DNA from: Eledone cirrhosa
Taxonomy: Eukaryota
DNA: 64,000 nt
NCBI GenBank assembly: GCA_964016885.1
Contig: OZ024740.1
Coordinates: forward strand, 376,092,001-376,156,000
Direction of reading: 5' to 3'
In this document: in pieces, positions 12,385 through 26,741 of the stretch
Layout: each line of letters begins with the position of its first letter
How positions within the stretch are numbered: the first letter of the stretch is position 1
Position numbers and translations under genes: made by a program
The notes under the pieces: model-generated
Database searches by the model: none
Told to the model about the DNA's origin: nothing
What the model saw: only the letters and a program-made list of their open reading frames with translations

Positions 12385-14688
12385 ACAAATCGTTCGACCT
12401 GCGACGAGTCCACGCCACGACTTTACCATTTAGCAAACGCACGCAATTGCCGTCGCAGGTCGATGGACAAACAGAAGCACAATTTAGTATAGCTAGATCT
12501 GAACTTAGAAATATTATAGAACAGTATAGCAAGAAGCATAATAGAATGGAGGCCCAGCAACTGGGAGAAAAATCTGCAAATGGCTTGCGTAAGCTCATGC
12601 AGCGGTCGCGTAATGGAGAGATAGCATGCTTTCCAACAGACAAGTCTGGCAGAATGTCGGTTGACAGTCTGCCAAACTACATCCAGGCAATGCAACCCAC
12701 ATCACTAACACAAGAGAAATAACACCACAAGAGCATGAGGATAGAGAACAAGCCCTCATTGCCCACATGGTGATGTGGACGAATATAATGCAGCCCAACA
12801 AAAGGACAGCCAACAACTTCCAGGCCTGGAACAATGTCGTGCCAGCGTTGTATGGGCTTCGAAAAGACCATAACACGGGAAGTGACCCTATCACGGGACC
12901 ACCAACACGGCCAGTCTGTGGAGCTAACATTGCTAGTAACTACAGACTGTCCTACTTCCTCTCCCTGATCATACGCCCCATCATTGAAATGTCCCCAGAT
13001 GTATGTGACAGCACGGAGGACCTCCTCAGCAGAATCGGCGAGAGTAACCGATCTAGGGACCTAACAAACTGCATAATAGGTAGTATGGATGTTGTGTCCC
13101 TGTATCCATCTATTGGCGTGGATTTTGCTGTGGAGAAATGCGTAGAAATGATCAGTGAGAGCAATGTTGAGTTCCGTGGGATTGATACCAGTGAGCTGGG
13201 ACTTCTACTTAAACTTACCTATAGTAATAATTACCTAGACACATATGACCTTAGCAACCTGTGCCCTACAAGACCAGCAATAGGCAGACCACCTACCATT
13301 ACCTCAATGGCCAAGAAAACCCATACAGATAGATGGAACGGGTGGACCAGAGCCATACGGACACCCGAAAACCACGATGAACTAAAGAAAATGATTGCAC
13401 ATGCCGTTGGGGCCAGCATAAAACTAACCCTTAAGGAACATATGTTCAAATTTAATGGAAAAATATATGCCCAACAGGAAGGAGCAGCCACTGGTGTTAG
13501 CATTGCAGGCGACATAGCTAACTTATTCATGGTATGGTGGGACAGTAGACTTAAACTTAAACTTAAAGAACAATTAGAAGACCCCCGATAATGTACTCCC
13601 GCTACGTTGATAATATAAACATCGTAGTTAAAAGACCCCCACTAGAGAACAGTCAGGAACTAGAGAAAAACACAATGGGGTGCATCCAGCAAAAAGCTAA
13701 CTCCATCAACCAGAGTATTAGAGTTACTATAGTAAACACCCCAACCATCGATTACCTGTACTAGACACAGAGCTCTGGTTAGATACCATTAATAACAAAA
13801 AACAAATCCTCCATTCCCATTATGCCAAACCCATGACTTCCAAATATCTGATCCACCGAAATTCAGCTGTTTCGGACCATACCAAAATCAACATACTGAT
13901 TGCGGATTTGGTACGAGCGATGAGAAACGTGTCCCGCATGTGCAACCCCGAAGGACTAGAGAGACACATACAACACTTCATCCATCGTATGCTGTTCTCT
14001 GGTTACAATCAGAGAGATAAAATCAGAGTGTATAGAGGAGCCAGAACCAAATGGGAAAAAATGGTAAATAATGACACAAATGGGACCTGCCCCTTGTATA
14101 GGAACACATTTTGGAATAGAATAGAAAGAACTAGGAATAAGGCTAATAGAATAAACTCATGGTATGATAGCAATAAATACCAGACTGTAATGTTCATCGA
14201 TACAACCCCTAGAGGTGAATTAGCTTACAAATTTAGATGGGCCCTGGATAAACATAAACTCAATATTAAGATAGTAGAAAGACCAGCTACCTCCGTAAAA
14301 ACACTGCATAGATAAGAAATGTATAACCTGTAAATTAAGCCCCCATATTAACTGTAAAACTAGAAATGTAGTATATAGCATAAGATGTACTGAAGGACAA
14401 TGTAGAGACAAAAATATAGTGTACATAGGTGAGACAGCTCGTAGTGTAGGGGAACGGATAAATGAACACTGGCGAGACCTTCAAGATAATAAAGAATCAT
14501 CTGTACTCTACCAACATGCTAAAAGAGAACATAAGGGTAAATTAGAGAACATAGAAATAAAACTAGAATCTACACACAGAAAAGACGCAATGTTTAGACA
14601 AATCACAGAGGCAATAAACATAAAAGAATTACAACCAAAATTCAATAGAAAACATGAGTGGAACAGCAACATCACAACTTACAATTAA
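12385..14688 (+). pseudogene. Disrupted PLE RT-GIY-YIG polyprotein
   Basis: PTDKSGR, PTRPVCGAN, GSMDVVSLYPSI, QQEGAATG, SRYVDN, YAKPMTSK, CKTRNVVYSIRC, YIGETARSVGERINEH, RQITEAINI. Confidence 0.92.
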
Positions 14689-14889
14689 GGACAAAATGAA
14701 AACACACACGCACATTGAACAAACAACCAACCTGTAACATGTAAATAAACAAATAAATAAACGAATGTAAACACACAAAGACACCCGGATGTGGCGCATG
14801 CGCAGACGGAGAACACAACACACACACAGAAACAAAATGGCGTAGGACAGAACAAAGGAGAGGCACAAAAACAAAGAAAAGAATCCCCA

Positions 14890-14932
14890 GTCACTGAAGA
14901 GGTCACAGAATGTGTGACGAAAGAACATTGAC
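14890..14932 (+). ncRNA. Type I hammerhead motif in PLE 3' UTR
   Basis: GTCA-CTGAAGA-G-GTCACA-GAATG-TGTGAC-GAAA-GAAC-AT-TGAC (U16.1 mutated in this copy). Confidence 0.7.
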
Positions 14933-15077
14933 AATATATAAACAACCAACCGGTTGTGGAACCAACCAACCAACCGGAAATTTATAAATTCCTCAATTTA
15001 TAAATTTATTATAATAAATTGAAGTGAAAGCAACTGGTGCGTGTGTTTCTTATTGGCAACATGACCCTCCCAAAGTA

Positions 15078-15674
<597 letters not shown>

Positions 15675-15815
15675 TGTTATATATATATATATATTGTTAT
15701 ACTTGGGGAGGGTCATATTGTTGTAATAATATTGCCAGAATATATATAGAAAAAAGATGAAATCGAAAATGCAACTGGAGTCTTATTTTTTCTTAAATAT
15801 ATATATTCATTTGGT

Positions 15816-15855
15816 TACTTTACCGGTTTCGCAGTTCTTCTGCTTGTCAAAAGTA
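15816..15855 (-). ncRNA. Minimal hammerhead with U3:A8 core, in a Neptune-like 3'-end fragment (15745-15865)
   Basis: TACTT-TTGACAA-GCAG-AAGAA-CTGC-GAAA-CCGG-TA-AAGTA; flank homologous to 39890-40010. Confidence 0.82.
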
Positions 15856-15907
15856 GAGTTGAAATATATATATATATATATATAGTAATAATAATAAATT
15901 CGAAGAC

Positions 15908-15972
<65 letters not shown>

Positions 15973-15976
<4 letters not shown>

Positions 15977-17147
15977 ATAATAATAAATTTGAAGACTAAA
16001 ATCCAAAGAGGGCTCGATAAGAATAAATATATATCAAATATATAAGAACGGTAGAGTAAATATTTATTAAAATAACAGATTAAAGTTTGAGCAAAGAATC
16101 GCTGCTTTCACCCTTAACGGGATCTTCTGAAACTAACAAAGTCAATCTGTAAACGGAGAAGTGGATATTTAAAAAAACGTTGCAACCGGTGGAAGACAGG
16201 AAGACGATACTTTGGCGTATATGTTTATATATTCTGGTACATATGCTTTTGATGATGTGTATACGGGAGTTTTGCATCTGTGTGTGTATGCGTGTTAGTA
16301 CGTATGTTGGGTGTTTGTATAAGTGTACTTCATGTTTTGATTGACGTACGTCTCCGAACATTTGTGTATTTACATGTAGGTATGTGTGTACGATTGTTAT
16401 ATACGTATTTATTTATATACGTTTATTTGATTACATATTTATTCGTATATACGCACACACACACACACACATATTTATATGTGCGTGGTTTTGTATACTT
16501 ATGGCGAGTATTTTCGTGTATGCTTGTGTATGTACGTACTTGGATGATGTACGTATTTATTTAATATCAATTACCTCTGTATTGTATTTTATTTACTTAT
16601 TCTTAACTCTGAAGCGAAGAATCTTTCGGTTTCCAAGTCAGAATTTTAGTCGACGACTTCAGCTATACCATTTACGCGGTTTTGTTTTTGCGTGCAATTG
16701 TTCTCCACATATGACGTATTATCTTCGTTTTTTCGTTCATTGCCAGAGAACGTCTCTATGATCCACCTAAGAGAACATTAGTCTACGACTTCTTTTATAC
16801 CATATACGTGGTTCTGTCTTTGCGTGTAATTGTTTTTCACCGCTCCTATTAATGACGTATTATATTCGTTTTTTCCCGTTCTTTGCCAGCGAACGTTATC
16901 ACGAACCAAAGTATCGTCTTCCTGTCTTCCTCCGGTTGCAACGTTTTTTGAAATATCCAGTTCTGCGTTTACAGATTGACTTTGTTAGTTTCAGAAGATC
17001 CCGTTAAGGGTGAACGCAGCGATTCTTTGCTTAAACTTTAATCTGTTATTTTAATAAATATTTGCTCTACGGTTCTTATATATTTGATATATATTTTCCT
17101 TATCGAGCCCTCTTTGGATTTTAGTCTTCAATTTTATTATTATTACT
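15973..17147 (+). mobile_element. 5'-truncated Naiad-like B copy (3' UTR only) with 240-bp inverted pLTR
   Basis: 15973-16215 is the reverse complement of ~16905-17147; interior homologous to ~25768-26610; (TA)n on both sides. Confidence 0.88.
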
Positions 17148-17152
17148 ATATA

Positions 17153-17236
<84 letters not shown>

Positions 17237-17412
17237 CACATAGTCACAGACACATATATAAGTTTGGAAGATAGTCTGTATCAGTTGTCTATTATTTCTC
17301 TATAGACACATTTTAAACTTAGAGCCTCGTTTAAATGATTTTTTATGTGGTTGATTTATACGGACTAGGAAGAGGAAATACTGTATATATTCTATCTAAT
17401 AGTTCTTCAAAC

Positions 17413-17461
<49 letters not shown>

Positions 17462-18160
17462 GTTTATTTATTTATTAAAATAACAGATTAAAGTTGAAGC
17501 TAAGTATCGCTGCTTTCACCCATAACAGGATCTTCTGAAACTAAAATAATCAATCTGTGAACGCAGAAGTAAATCTTTCGAAAATTGTTGCAACCGAAGG
17601 AAGATAGGAAAACAATACTCTGGTTCGTGGCGCCCTTTCCTGGGAAAGAACAGAAAAAAACGAAGATAATACGTCATTATTTGGTGCGTAAGTACAATTA
17701 CACGCAAAGGCAAAACCACGTTTATCGTATAAATGAAGTCATAGACTAATATTCAGTGGTTTGTGGAGACGTTCCTTGCCAATGAATGGAAAAAACAAAG
17801 ATAATACGTCATTATGTGGAGTGATAAGAACAATTACAAAACCACGACAAAACCACGTTTATGGTATAACTGAAGTCGTAGACTAACATTCTATTTATGA
17901 AACCGAATGATTCTCGGCTTCAGAGTTAAAAATAATGTAAATAAATTATAGAGGTTATTGAAATCAACAATAATTAAATATAATATATACTTGTACACAT
18001 CCATATACATACATACACATGCATACGCGAAAACACCCACCATGGGTATGTAAATACAGACACGTACGCAAAAACACGCGCACACATACAAAAACCCACG
18101 CAACGCCTGTATCCGAACATACGAACGTATACACCAAATACACATAAAACATATATAGAT

Positions 18161-18229
<69 letters not shown>

Positions 18230-19370
18230 ACGTGTATACATATAATTATATAAACCTATATAAATATACACACATAAATACGTATATAACGCGTGCACAC
18301 ACATACCTACATGTAAAAACACATATGTTCGCTAAATTCACGTCAACCAAAACACAAGTACACATATACACTCACCCAACATACGTGGAAACCCGCATAC
18401 ACACACACACGCAAAACTCACGTATACACATAACCCATGTACCAGTATATATAATAAAATAAATACGCCTATAACAAATACAAGCAAATATACGTACGTG
18501 AAAGTATACGTACTTCACGAAACATACAGGTAATATATACTTACCTATACAAATAAGTAATGGTATAAACATAAAATATATTTAGCTAGCACATCAAGAC
18601 GTAAATTATCCGCGTATAGTTCGTACTTTCCGTTAGAGTATAATGTGGGGCTGTGCTAAAGGAGAGTTTTGTGCAATTTATGTTTACAAGCCGAAATTGC
18701 CTCAGATTTTTGTTTAAGATCTGGTCATTGGCGTAGAGTATTTCCAAGGCTTCAGTGGCGCAGAGGTCACATGGTCGTATATTTCCGTTATACGATCTAG
18801 CCTCAGCTAGGATCTCCCAGAGTAACCTATATTGGGTGTGGTTGCTTTTTAGACTCCAGATATAAGCTGAAAGTGACGTCCTATTCCTTCTTAAATGGTT
18901 AAGAAAAAAATTGGTATGCATGAAAAGACGCTGTTTGAATCTATTGGCGGTTAATCCTATCTAGGCCCTACGGGACTTGAGTGTTTCAACCTTACATTTA
19001 TAGACAATGTTACTTGAGAGGCATTTCCCGGAGAGGGGCAGTCAACCCGATTCCTACAATTACAGTCAGAACTAGCTTCAGGATTGCACGTGTTCCTACG
19101 GCTAGGGAATTTAGCTAAATTTGAAGCAGTGATGTTATGTGCAAGGTTAGGAGTCGTAGAGTAAGACATTTCAATGGTATTTCTATTAAAAATGTTATTA
19201 TATTTATGTGCTGGAGGAAATGCTTCATGATAAGGGAGAGAAAGATTTTAGCTAATGGCCACTTTCATATTATATGGTGGGTAATATTTGCTCTACGGTT
19301 CTTATATATTTGATATATATGTATCCTTATCGAGTCCACTTTGGATTTTAGTCTTCAAATTTATCATTAT

Positions 19371-19375
<5 letters not shown>
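17462..19375 (-). mobile_element. 5'-truncated Naiad-like B copy (EN domain plus 3' UTR) with inverted tail at 19282-19375
   Basis: SYSTTPNLAHNI, CNCRNRVDCP, TSLSAYIWSLK, CDLCATEALEI at 18586-19280; homologous to 24950-26610. Confidence 0.9.
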
Positions 19376-19461
<86 letters not shown>

Positions 19462-19472
19462 AATATATATAC

Positions 19473-19788
<316 letters not shown>

Positions 19789-19814
19789 TGGGGGGGGGGG
19801 GGTATATATATATA

Positions 19815-20005
19815 TAGGAAAATGTATGACCCCGACGGCAGAGCTCAAGCCGTTACGACGGCTATTTCTGGACTGAGTCCAGAAATAGCCGCCGAAACGG
19901 CTTCATCTCTGCCGTTGGGGTCATACTTTTTCCTATTTCCCACTCTACTACCCTAAGTATTGAGTACTCTGGTGCGTTATGGTCCATCTGGTTCCTTACC
20001 ACAAT
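19815..20005. mobile_element. Family X fold-back mini-element
   Basis: Inverted arms meeting at TTCTGGACTGAGTCCAGAA; 3' half of HHR (GAAACGGC...GCCGTTGGGGTC) plus tail. Confidence 0.75.
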
Positions 20006-20012
20006 TCCTTTG

Positions 20013-20120
<108 letters not shown>

Positions 20121-20154
20121 GTGTGTCTGTGTGTGGGTACACCCATATATATAT

Positions 20155-20385
20155 AACAAAGAAAGTGTGTTAAAAAACCGGGTGGACCACAACGCAACAG
20201 AGTACTCGATACTTAGGGTAGTAGAGTGGGTAATAGGAAAAGCGTCAGGACCTCGGCGCCGAGCTGCGGCCGCTTCGACAGCTAGATCCGAACGATAATT
20301 TCAGCTAGATTCCCGCCGTTGGTGGCTTAGTTCGGATCTAGCTGTCGAAACGGCTGGAGCTCAACCGTTGGGGTCCTGACTCTTT
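20155..20385. mobile_element. Family X fold-back mini-element
   Basis: Tail on the minus strand, then HHR stems II/III on the plus strand (CAGCTAGATTC...GGATCTAGCTGTC-GAAA-CGG...CCG-TT-GGGGTC); followed by (GATA)n at 20392-20441. Confidence 0.75.
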
Positions 20386-20391
20386 TTTTTC

Positions 20392-20442
<51 letters not shown>

Positions 20443-22552
20443 TATATAACTTCTACTATTTCTGACAGAAGATGTTATGGACTGGATCCCATTAGGTAGG
20501 AGAATTTAGCTCTTGAAGTTTATTTTAACTAGTTGTGCCGAATTTATCATTTGGCTAAAATAGTATCGAACGTCTGAATGTGTGCAGTTGTGTCTTCGTA
20601 ATGTTGTCCATTTAGTTATGTATACTATTTAGCAATATGTTTCGTACATTTTATGAATCTTTACATTAAAGGTTACATGAATATACTTTATTTTCGCGGC
20701 TGTGTTTTGTAGCATATATATAATAAACTATTTGTACGAGTTATTTTTCTTCTTAGCATGTTTGATTTAAAATAATTGATATTTTCGTAGAACTCAGAGA
20801 AAATTTCCAAACTTTCCTAATTATACCTTAAAACTCTATTCAATATATTTGATGTGCGTCTTATTTTTAAAATATTTGTAAAAATTTCTATTTAATTGCC
20901 TCATAATAATTTCTTAACACTTTTATGCTTTTAATATTTTACGTATGTTGATAGATTTCGCATAGGCCATAATTATTGAAGGTCTTGATTGATTAGTTCT
21001 TTACACAATTGTACATTGAGCAATGTCTGGAATTATGTTTACATCAAATTTATTCAATAACGATTTAAAACCGGAATGGGTGTAAAAAGATTAAAACGCA
21101 TAATATTCTGATCAGAATTTTAACATTTATTTGCAGTCGTTTCTATCAAATATGACTAAAAACATGTTTAATTCGTGGGTTATGGCCCCGATATTTGTAG
21201 ATATATATTGACATAAGCAATTCTATTATATCACTGAAATAAAGATTATAGGCTATACAAATTAATGATAGAAGGCTATAAACATAAAACCAACATACCA
21301 AGTCTAGTATTGATATCTAATACAGAAAACGATAGAATGTTGAGGTGTGTTTTCATTTGATACACCTGCTTCTGACTAGTAGATATTTTAACGAACCTGA
21401 AATAATGAAAGAGAAAATTAATGCGACGGAATTGCAATTGAAAAGGATAAGTGTATTGAGTACATATATCTACTGAAACTTTTCGACATTATAAACAACT
21501 AATGTATTCAGTGCAAATAGTAAACTACTTTACTTCTTTATGAATGATATTACGTATCAAGCATTTTTCATAAACGGCATCATGAATCAACTAAGATTCC
21601 ACATTGACATCAGTGAAAATATGTGCTAATGGCATGTAAAGCCATGCGATTGGTTGTAACAATTCTACGTGTATGCTACCTATCTTTGTCAGTAGATGCG
21701 CATGCCAGCTACTCGATCTGAAACCTTGTGCGACTGAAAGTATACACTTAAGCATATCCCTGATCATCCACCAATGTCGCAAGTGGTCCTAGTTGTTTCC
21801 TAAGAGCTGCGCTATATTAGATCAGGCCTGGAGAAAATCTTCATAAGTACAACGGATGTTGAATCGCACAGCACTGAAGCTCTCAAATTGCAATCGATCT
21901 TATTATTTCCTCCTGTTTCAAAAAGCCAGGATTCCACATCAACACTTCTTTCGCTGATATTAAACCCAAATTGTTGCAACTTACTTTCTTTGGGCAATGC
22001 CTGTGAACATCCTCAACAGCCACGCCAGCTACAACTATAATGGTTACTTTTATACTGTTGGGACAACAGTAGCAAATCAGTTTCCACAAGCATGCTGATA
22101 TTTCACAGTCAGCCATGGCCTACCATAAGGTCATTTTATCTGTCTCCAAATTTTCTCACTCCCTTCCTTCATACTTTCACACTTCCTAGAGCTCTATCTC
22201 AGGCTCTTTATCTCTCTGTTTGGTTCTCTACTTCTCTCCTTCTCTCTCTGTCTATCTGTCTCACACACACACTAAAACTCATTGAGCTAGGCTAACGAAG
22301 AATTCCATTCTGTGAAAGTAAGCTTATAATGTAAATATGTTATATTTAGAAATTAACCACCAAGATTGTGATACAAATATTCCCTGCAGATATATTATAA
22401 TTATAATTTTTTTGTCATAGAATAACAAATTGTTTCTCTACGTATAATAACTGCTCTCATTTAATCATATCTTCAGCGATACCTTATATTGTAATTAATG
22501 TTGTGTTAATGTAAATTTACAGTTTTAGTACTTTTACAGTATATTATATTAT

Positions 22553-22978
22553 TGTGGATTGGCGGTATCGGTAGAGGGTCGGACGCCATGCTTTGTGGAT
22601 TGGCAGTATCGGTAGAGGGTCGGACGCCATGCTTTGACACATAGAGTTACGGTCCTTGCCATTCTGAATTTAAATCCCGCCGAGGTTAATTTTGCCTTTC
22701 ATCCTTACTGGGTCGATAAAATAAAGTACCAGTAATGCACTGGGTAATTGCTGGCCTTGTGCCAACAGTAGAAACAATTATATTATTGTAGATTGGCAGT
22801 ATCGGTAGGGAGTCAGATGCCATGCTTTCCAGCATAGTTACGTCCCTTAACGATCTGAGTTCAAATCCCACTGAGGTTGACTTTGCCTTTCATCCTTACG
22901 GGGTCGATAAAATAAAGTACCAGTAATGCACTGGTATTTGCTGGCATTGTGCCAAAAAGTAGAAACAATTATATTATT
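22553..22978 (+). mobile_element. Two tandem tRNA-derived SINE copies (first with duplicated head)
   Basis: A-box-like TGGCAGTATCGG, B-box-like GAGTTCAAATCC, core TTTGCCTTTCATCCTTACGGGGTCGATAAAATAAAGTACCAG; third copy at 52201. Confidence 0.8.
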
Positions 22979-23064
22979 AAATAGTTTAACTATTACGTTA
23001 ATAGGGTGCGAATTTTAGATGGGATTGACGATTACTCGAGGATATGCCATGTACACTGTACTTT

Positions 23065-23135
<71 letters not shown>

Positions 23136-23324
23136 TGCCCCCTCATTATCGAGTATGGCCATTACACGATATACCATTATTAATGATTATTAATTAATTA
23201 TATCGTCCAATACCTCTGCGTGAAGATATTTTTTAAAGTGAGGATAGACTGTGCACTGAGCCAATCCCACTCTCTGAGCGACAGTAGCTATAACCCGAAA
23301 ATATATACATACATATATATGTAT

Positions 23325-23431
23325 TTAATCTGTTATTTTAATAAATATTTGCGCTAGGTTTCATATATATTTGATATATATTTATCCTTATCGAACCCTC
23401 TTCGGATTTTAGTCTTCACATTTATTATTAT

Positions 23432-23487
<56 letters not shown>

Positions 23488-26400
23488 ACATACCCGTATA
23501 TAGTAACATACCCGTATACAAAGAACATACCCGTACCAAGCAGGATAACATACCTTAAACTCCTGATACAGAAAACAGACGCGTTCATTAAAAGGTTGCG
23601 TTGGCGTGCCTTTTATTTCGATAATCCGCGAACAGCAGACAACAAATAGGATAAATTTGGATTTAAAACCTATAATAACCCCCGTGGAACCCAACATTGC
23701 TACCCTTCGAAAATGATGTCTTGGAACTCATTCGGAGTATCAAATTTCGGAATAGGAGCAATTCCTTCCATCTAGACCTGAAGAATAGAATTCGTTCTAT
23801 TAAGGATTCTAACGCCGTGCACGTCCATTCCGACAAAACAGGCAACATATATCAAGTGGAGCGCAGTACTTACCATCAACTACTACATAATGCTGTAACT
23901 AAGGATTACCGTAAAACTAATCGGTCCGTCATCAATGAAATCAACGATGCTGGGTTTAAAATCACATCTGATCTCAACATCCTGGACCGGACCGAACCTC
24001 TGGACCCTATTTCTCCCCACTTTACCCTGAAGGATCACAAATCCAATTTTCCGAACAACCCCTCTATTCGGCTTATTAACCCTACGAAGTCCGATTTAGG
24101 TAGACTTAGTAAAACGATTCTTGATAGAATTATACCTGAAATTAGAAGTTTGGCCCCTCTTGCACTGTGGGACAATTCTTTCGCGGTGATTGATTGGTTC
24201 AACGGCATATGTAACAAGGAACATTGCCGTTTTATCCAATTCGACATCAACAATTACTACTCCTCCATCACTTTACCACTTCTCCTTAGAGCTATCAATT
24301 TCGCTAAAACACTCACAGTGGTTAAGGATTTCGAAGTTGATGTCATCCTCAATGCCCGAAAGTCGGTGATTAATTTCGACGACTCTATTTGGATTAAAAA
24401 AATCCAATAGTACCCCATTCGACGTGAGTATGGGCGCCAGTGACTCTGCAGAGGTTACTGATCTTATCGGCCTTTTCCTTCTTTTCTCTATCAAGGACGA
24501 ATTCCCCAACGCGGGCGGTGGTTTTTACCGTGACGATGGTCTTTTGACCATGACTAAGTGCGGACCTCGTGCTTGCGACAGGTTCAGAAAAGAACTCACA
24601 GCCTTCTTTAAAGGCTTCAACCTCTCTATACAGGTTGAGGCCAATCTCTCGGTCGTTAATTACCTCGACGTTACCCTCAATTTATTGAATGGGTTGTATT
24701 ACCCGTATAGAAAGCCGAATGATACGCTTAATTACATAAGTAAGCATTCCAACCATCCTGCCAGCATAACCAAGAACCTGGTAAGAAACGTATTGTTGAG
24801 GCTTTCCCGTCTTTCCACCAACGAGCGTATTTTCAACGACCATTCCACTTATTACAATGAAGCTCTTGCTCGAAGTGGATTTGTCGATAAGGTAGCATAT
24901 ACAGAGTACGAAAATAGACCTAGAAGAAATAGATCCCGTCGCATTTGTTGGTATAACCCATCATATAATATGGAGGTGGCCACACCATAGCTAAGATATT
25001 TCTTTCCCTTATTACGAAGCATTTTCCCGCTTCACATAAATATAGTAAAATTTTTAATAGAAATACTATTAAAATTTCTTACTCTACGACTCCTAACCTT
25101 GCACATAACATCACAGCTTCAAATTTAGTTAAACTACCTAGCCGTAGGAACACGTGCAACCCTGTAATTAGTACTAACTGTAATTGTAGGAATCGGGCTG
25201 ATTGCCCCCTATCCGCGAAATGCCTCTCTAGTAACATTGTCTCCAAATGTAAGGTTGTAACACCCACGTCCCGTAGGGCCTACATAGGGTTAACCGCCAA
25301 TAGTTTCAAGCAGCGTCTTTACATGCATACCCATTCTTTTCGTTACCCTCTATGAAGGAATATGACGTCACTTTCAGCTTATATCTGGAGTCTAAAAGAC
25401 AACCACACCCAATATAAGTTACACTGGGAGATCCTAGCTAGGGCTAGATCGTATAACGGAAATAAAAGACCATGTGACCTCTGCGCCGCTGAGGCCCTGG
25501 AAATACTCTACGCCAAAGACAACATCTTAAACAAAAAATCTGAGGCAATTTCGGCTTGTAAACATAAATTGCACAAAACTTTCCTGTATTACAGCCCACG
25601 TTATACGCTAACGGATAGTACGATCTATACGTGGATATTTTACGTCTTGGTGTGGGAGCTAAGTATACGTTTTGTTTATTCCTTTACTTATTTGCATAGG
25701 TAAGTATATACTACCCGTATGTTTTGTGAAGGTACGTATACCTTCTCGTACGTATATTTGATTGATATGGCGTATAATTTTATATATTCTGGTACATAGG
25801 GTTTGGCTATGTGTATACGGGAGGTTTTGCGCCTGTGTGATTATGTAGGTTCGTACGTATGGTGGGTGTTAGTAAATGTGTACTTCTTGATTTAGTTGAC
25901 TTACGTCTCCGAACATTCGTGTATTTATATGTAGGTATGTGTGTGCGCTTGTTATATACGTATTTATTTATTTATATACGTTTATATAATTATTTATTTA
26001 TTTGTATACACGCATACACACACACACATATTTATATGTGCGTGGTTTTGTATACCTATGGTAAGGTTTTGCGTATGCTTGTGTATGTACGTTTTTGTTT
26101 GCTTGTATGTATTTATTTATTACTTCTGTATTGTATTTATTTACTTTGTTCTTAACTCTGTAGCGGAGATTCATTTGGTCTCCTAGTTAGAATTTTAGTC
26201 TACGACTTCTGCTATACCATTTACGTGGTTTTGTCTTTGTGTGCTATTGTTCTCCACGCCCCACATATGACGTATTATCTTCGTTTTTTCGTTCAATGCC
26301 AGAGAACGTCTCTATGCACCACCTAAGAGAACATTAGTCTACGACCTCTTTTATACCATAAACGTGGTTCTGGCTTTGCGCGTAAATGATTTTCACAGCT

Positions 26401-26610
26401 CCTATTAATGACGTATTATTTGTTTTTTCCCGTTCTTCGCCAGCGAACGTTTCCACGAACCAAAGTATCGTCTTCCTGTCTTCCTCCGGTTGCAACGTTT
26501 TTTGAAATATCCAGTTCTGCGGTTACAGATTGACTTTGTTAGAAGATCCCGTTAAGGGTGAAAGCACCGATTCGTTGCTTAAACTTTAATCTGTTATTTT
26601 AATAAATATA
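23325..26610 (+). mobile_element. Near full-length Penelope-like element, Naiad-like family B, with upstream direct pLTR tail (23325-23436)
   Basis: Complete domain order, ~1-kb 3' UTR with internal repeats (GACGTATTATCTTCG; AGTCTACGAC), (TA)n flanks. Confidence 0.93.
23518..25703 (+). pseudogene. PLE RT-GIY-YIG polyprotein with a few frameshifts/stops (Naiad-like B)
   Basis: KNIPVP, FIKRLRWRA, SDKTGNIY, TLKDHKSNF, RLINPTKSDLG, QFDINNYY, FYRDDGL, PYRKPN, CWYNP, CNC-x-CPL-x-C, YIGLT, CDLC. Confidence 0.95.
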
Positions 26611-26648
26611 TATATGTATATATATATATGTACATATATATATATGTG

Positions 26649-26741
<93 letters not shown>

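Larger units (their letters stand above)
12385..15082 (+). mobile_element. Penelope-like element (third clade, probably Nematis-like), 5' truncated
   Basis: RT/EN remnants plus a 3' UTR ending ATGACCCTCCCAAAGTATAAC-(TA)n; second copy at 40520-41490. Confidence 0.88.

Noticed and set aside
21540-22130. GC-richer unique segment with short ORFs
   Set aside because: No recognisable protein motif or convincing exon; needs BLASTX or RNA-seq.
22553-22700. tRNA genes at A/B-box-like motifs (also 49780-49860 and 52201-52290)
   Set aside because: No cloverleaf; the boxes are SINE heads followed by SINE core sequence.
25353-25355. In-frame TGA in the Naiad-like B endonuclease
   Set aside because: The paralogous copy near 18890 has AGA (Arg) here, so it is an ordinary nonsense mutation.
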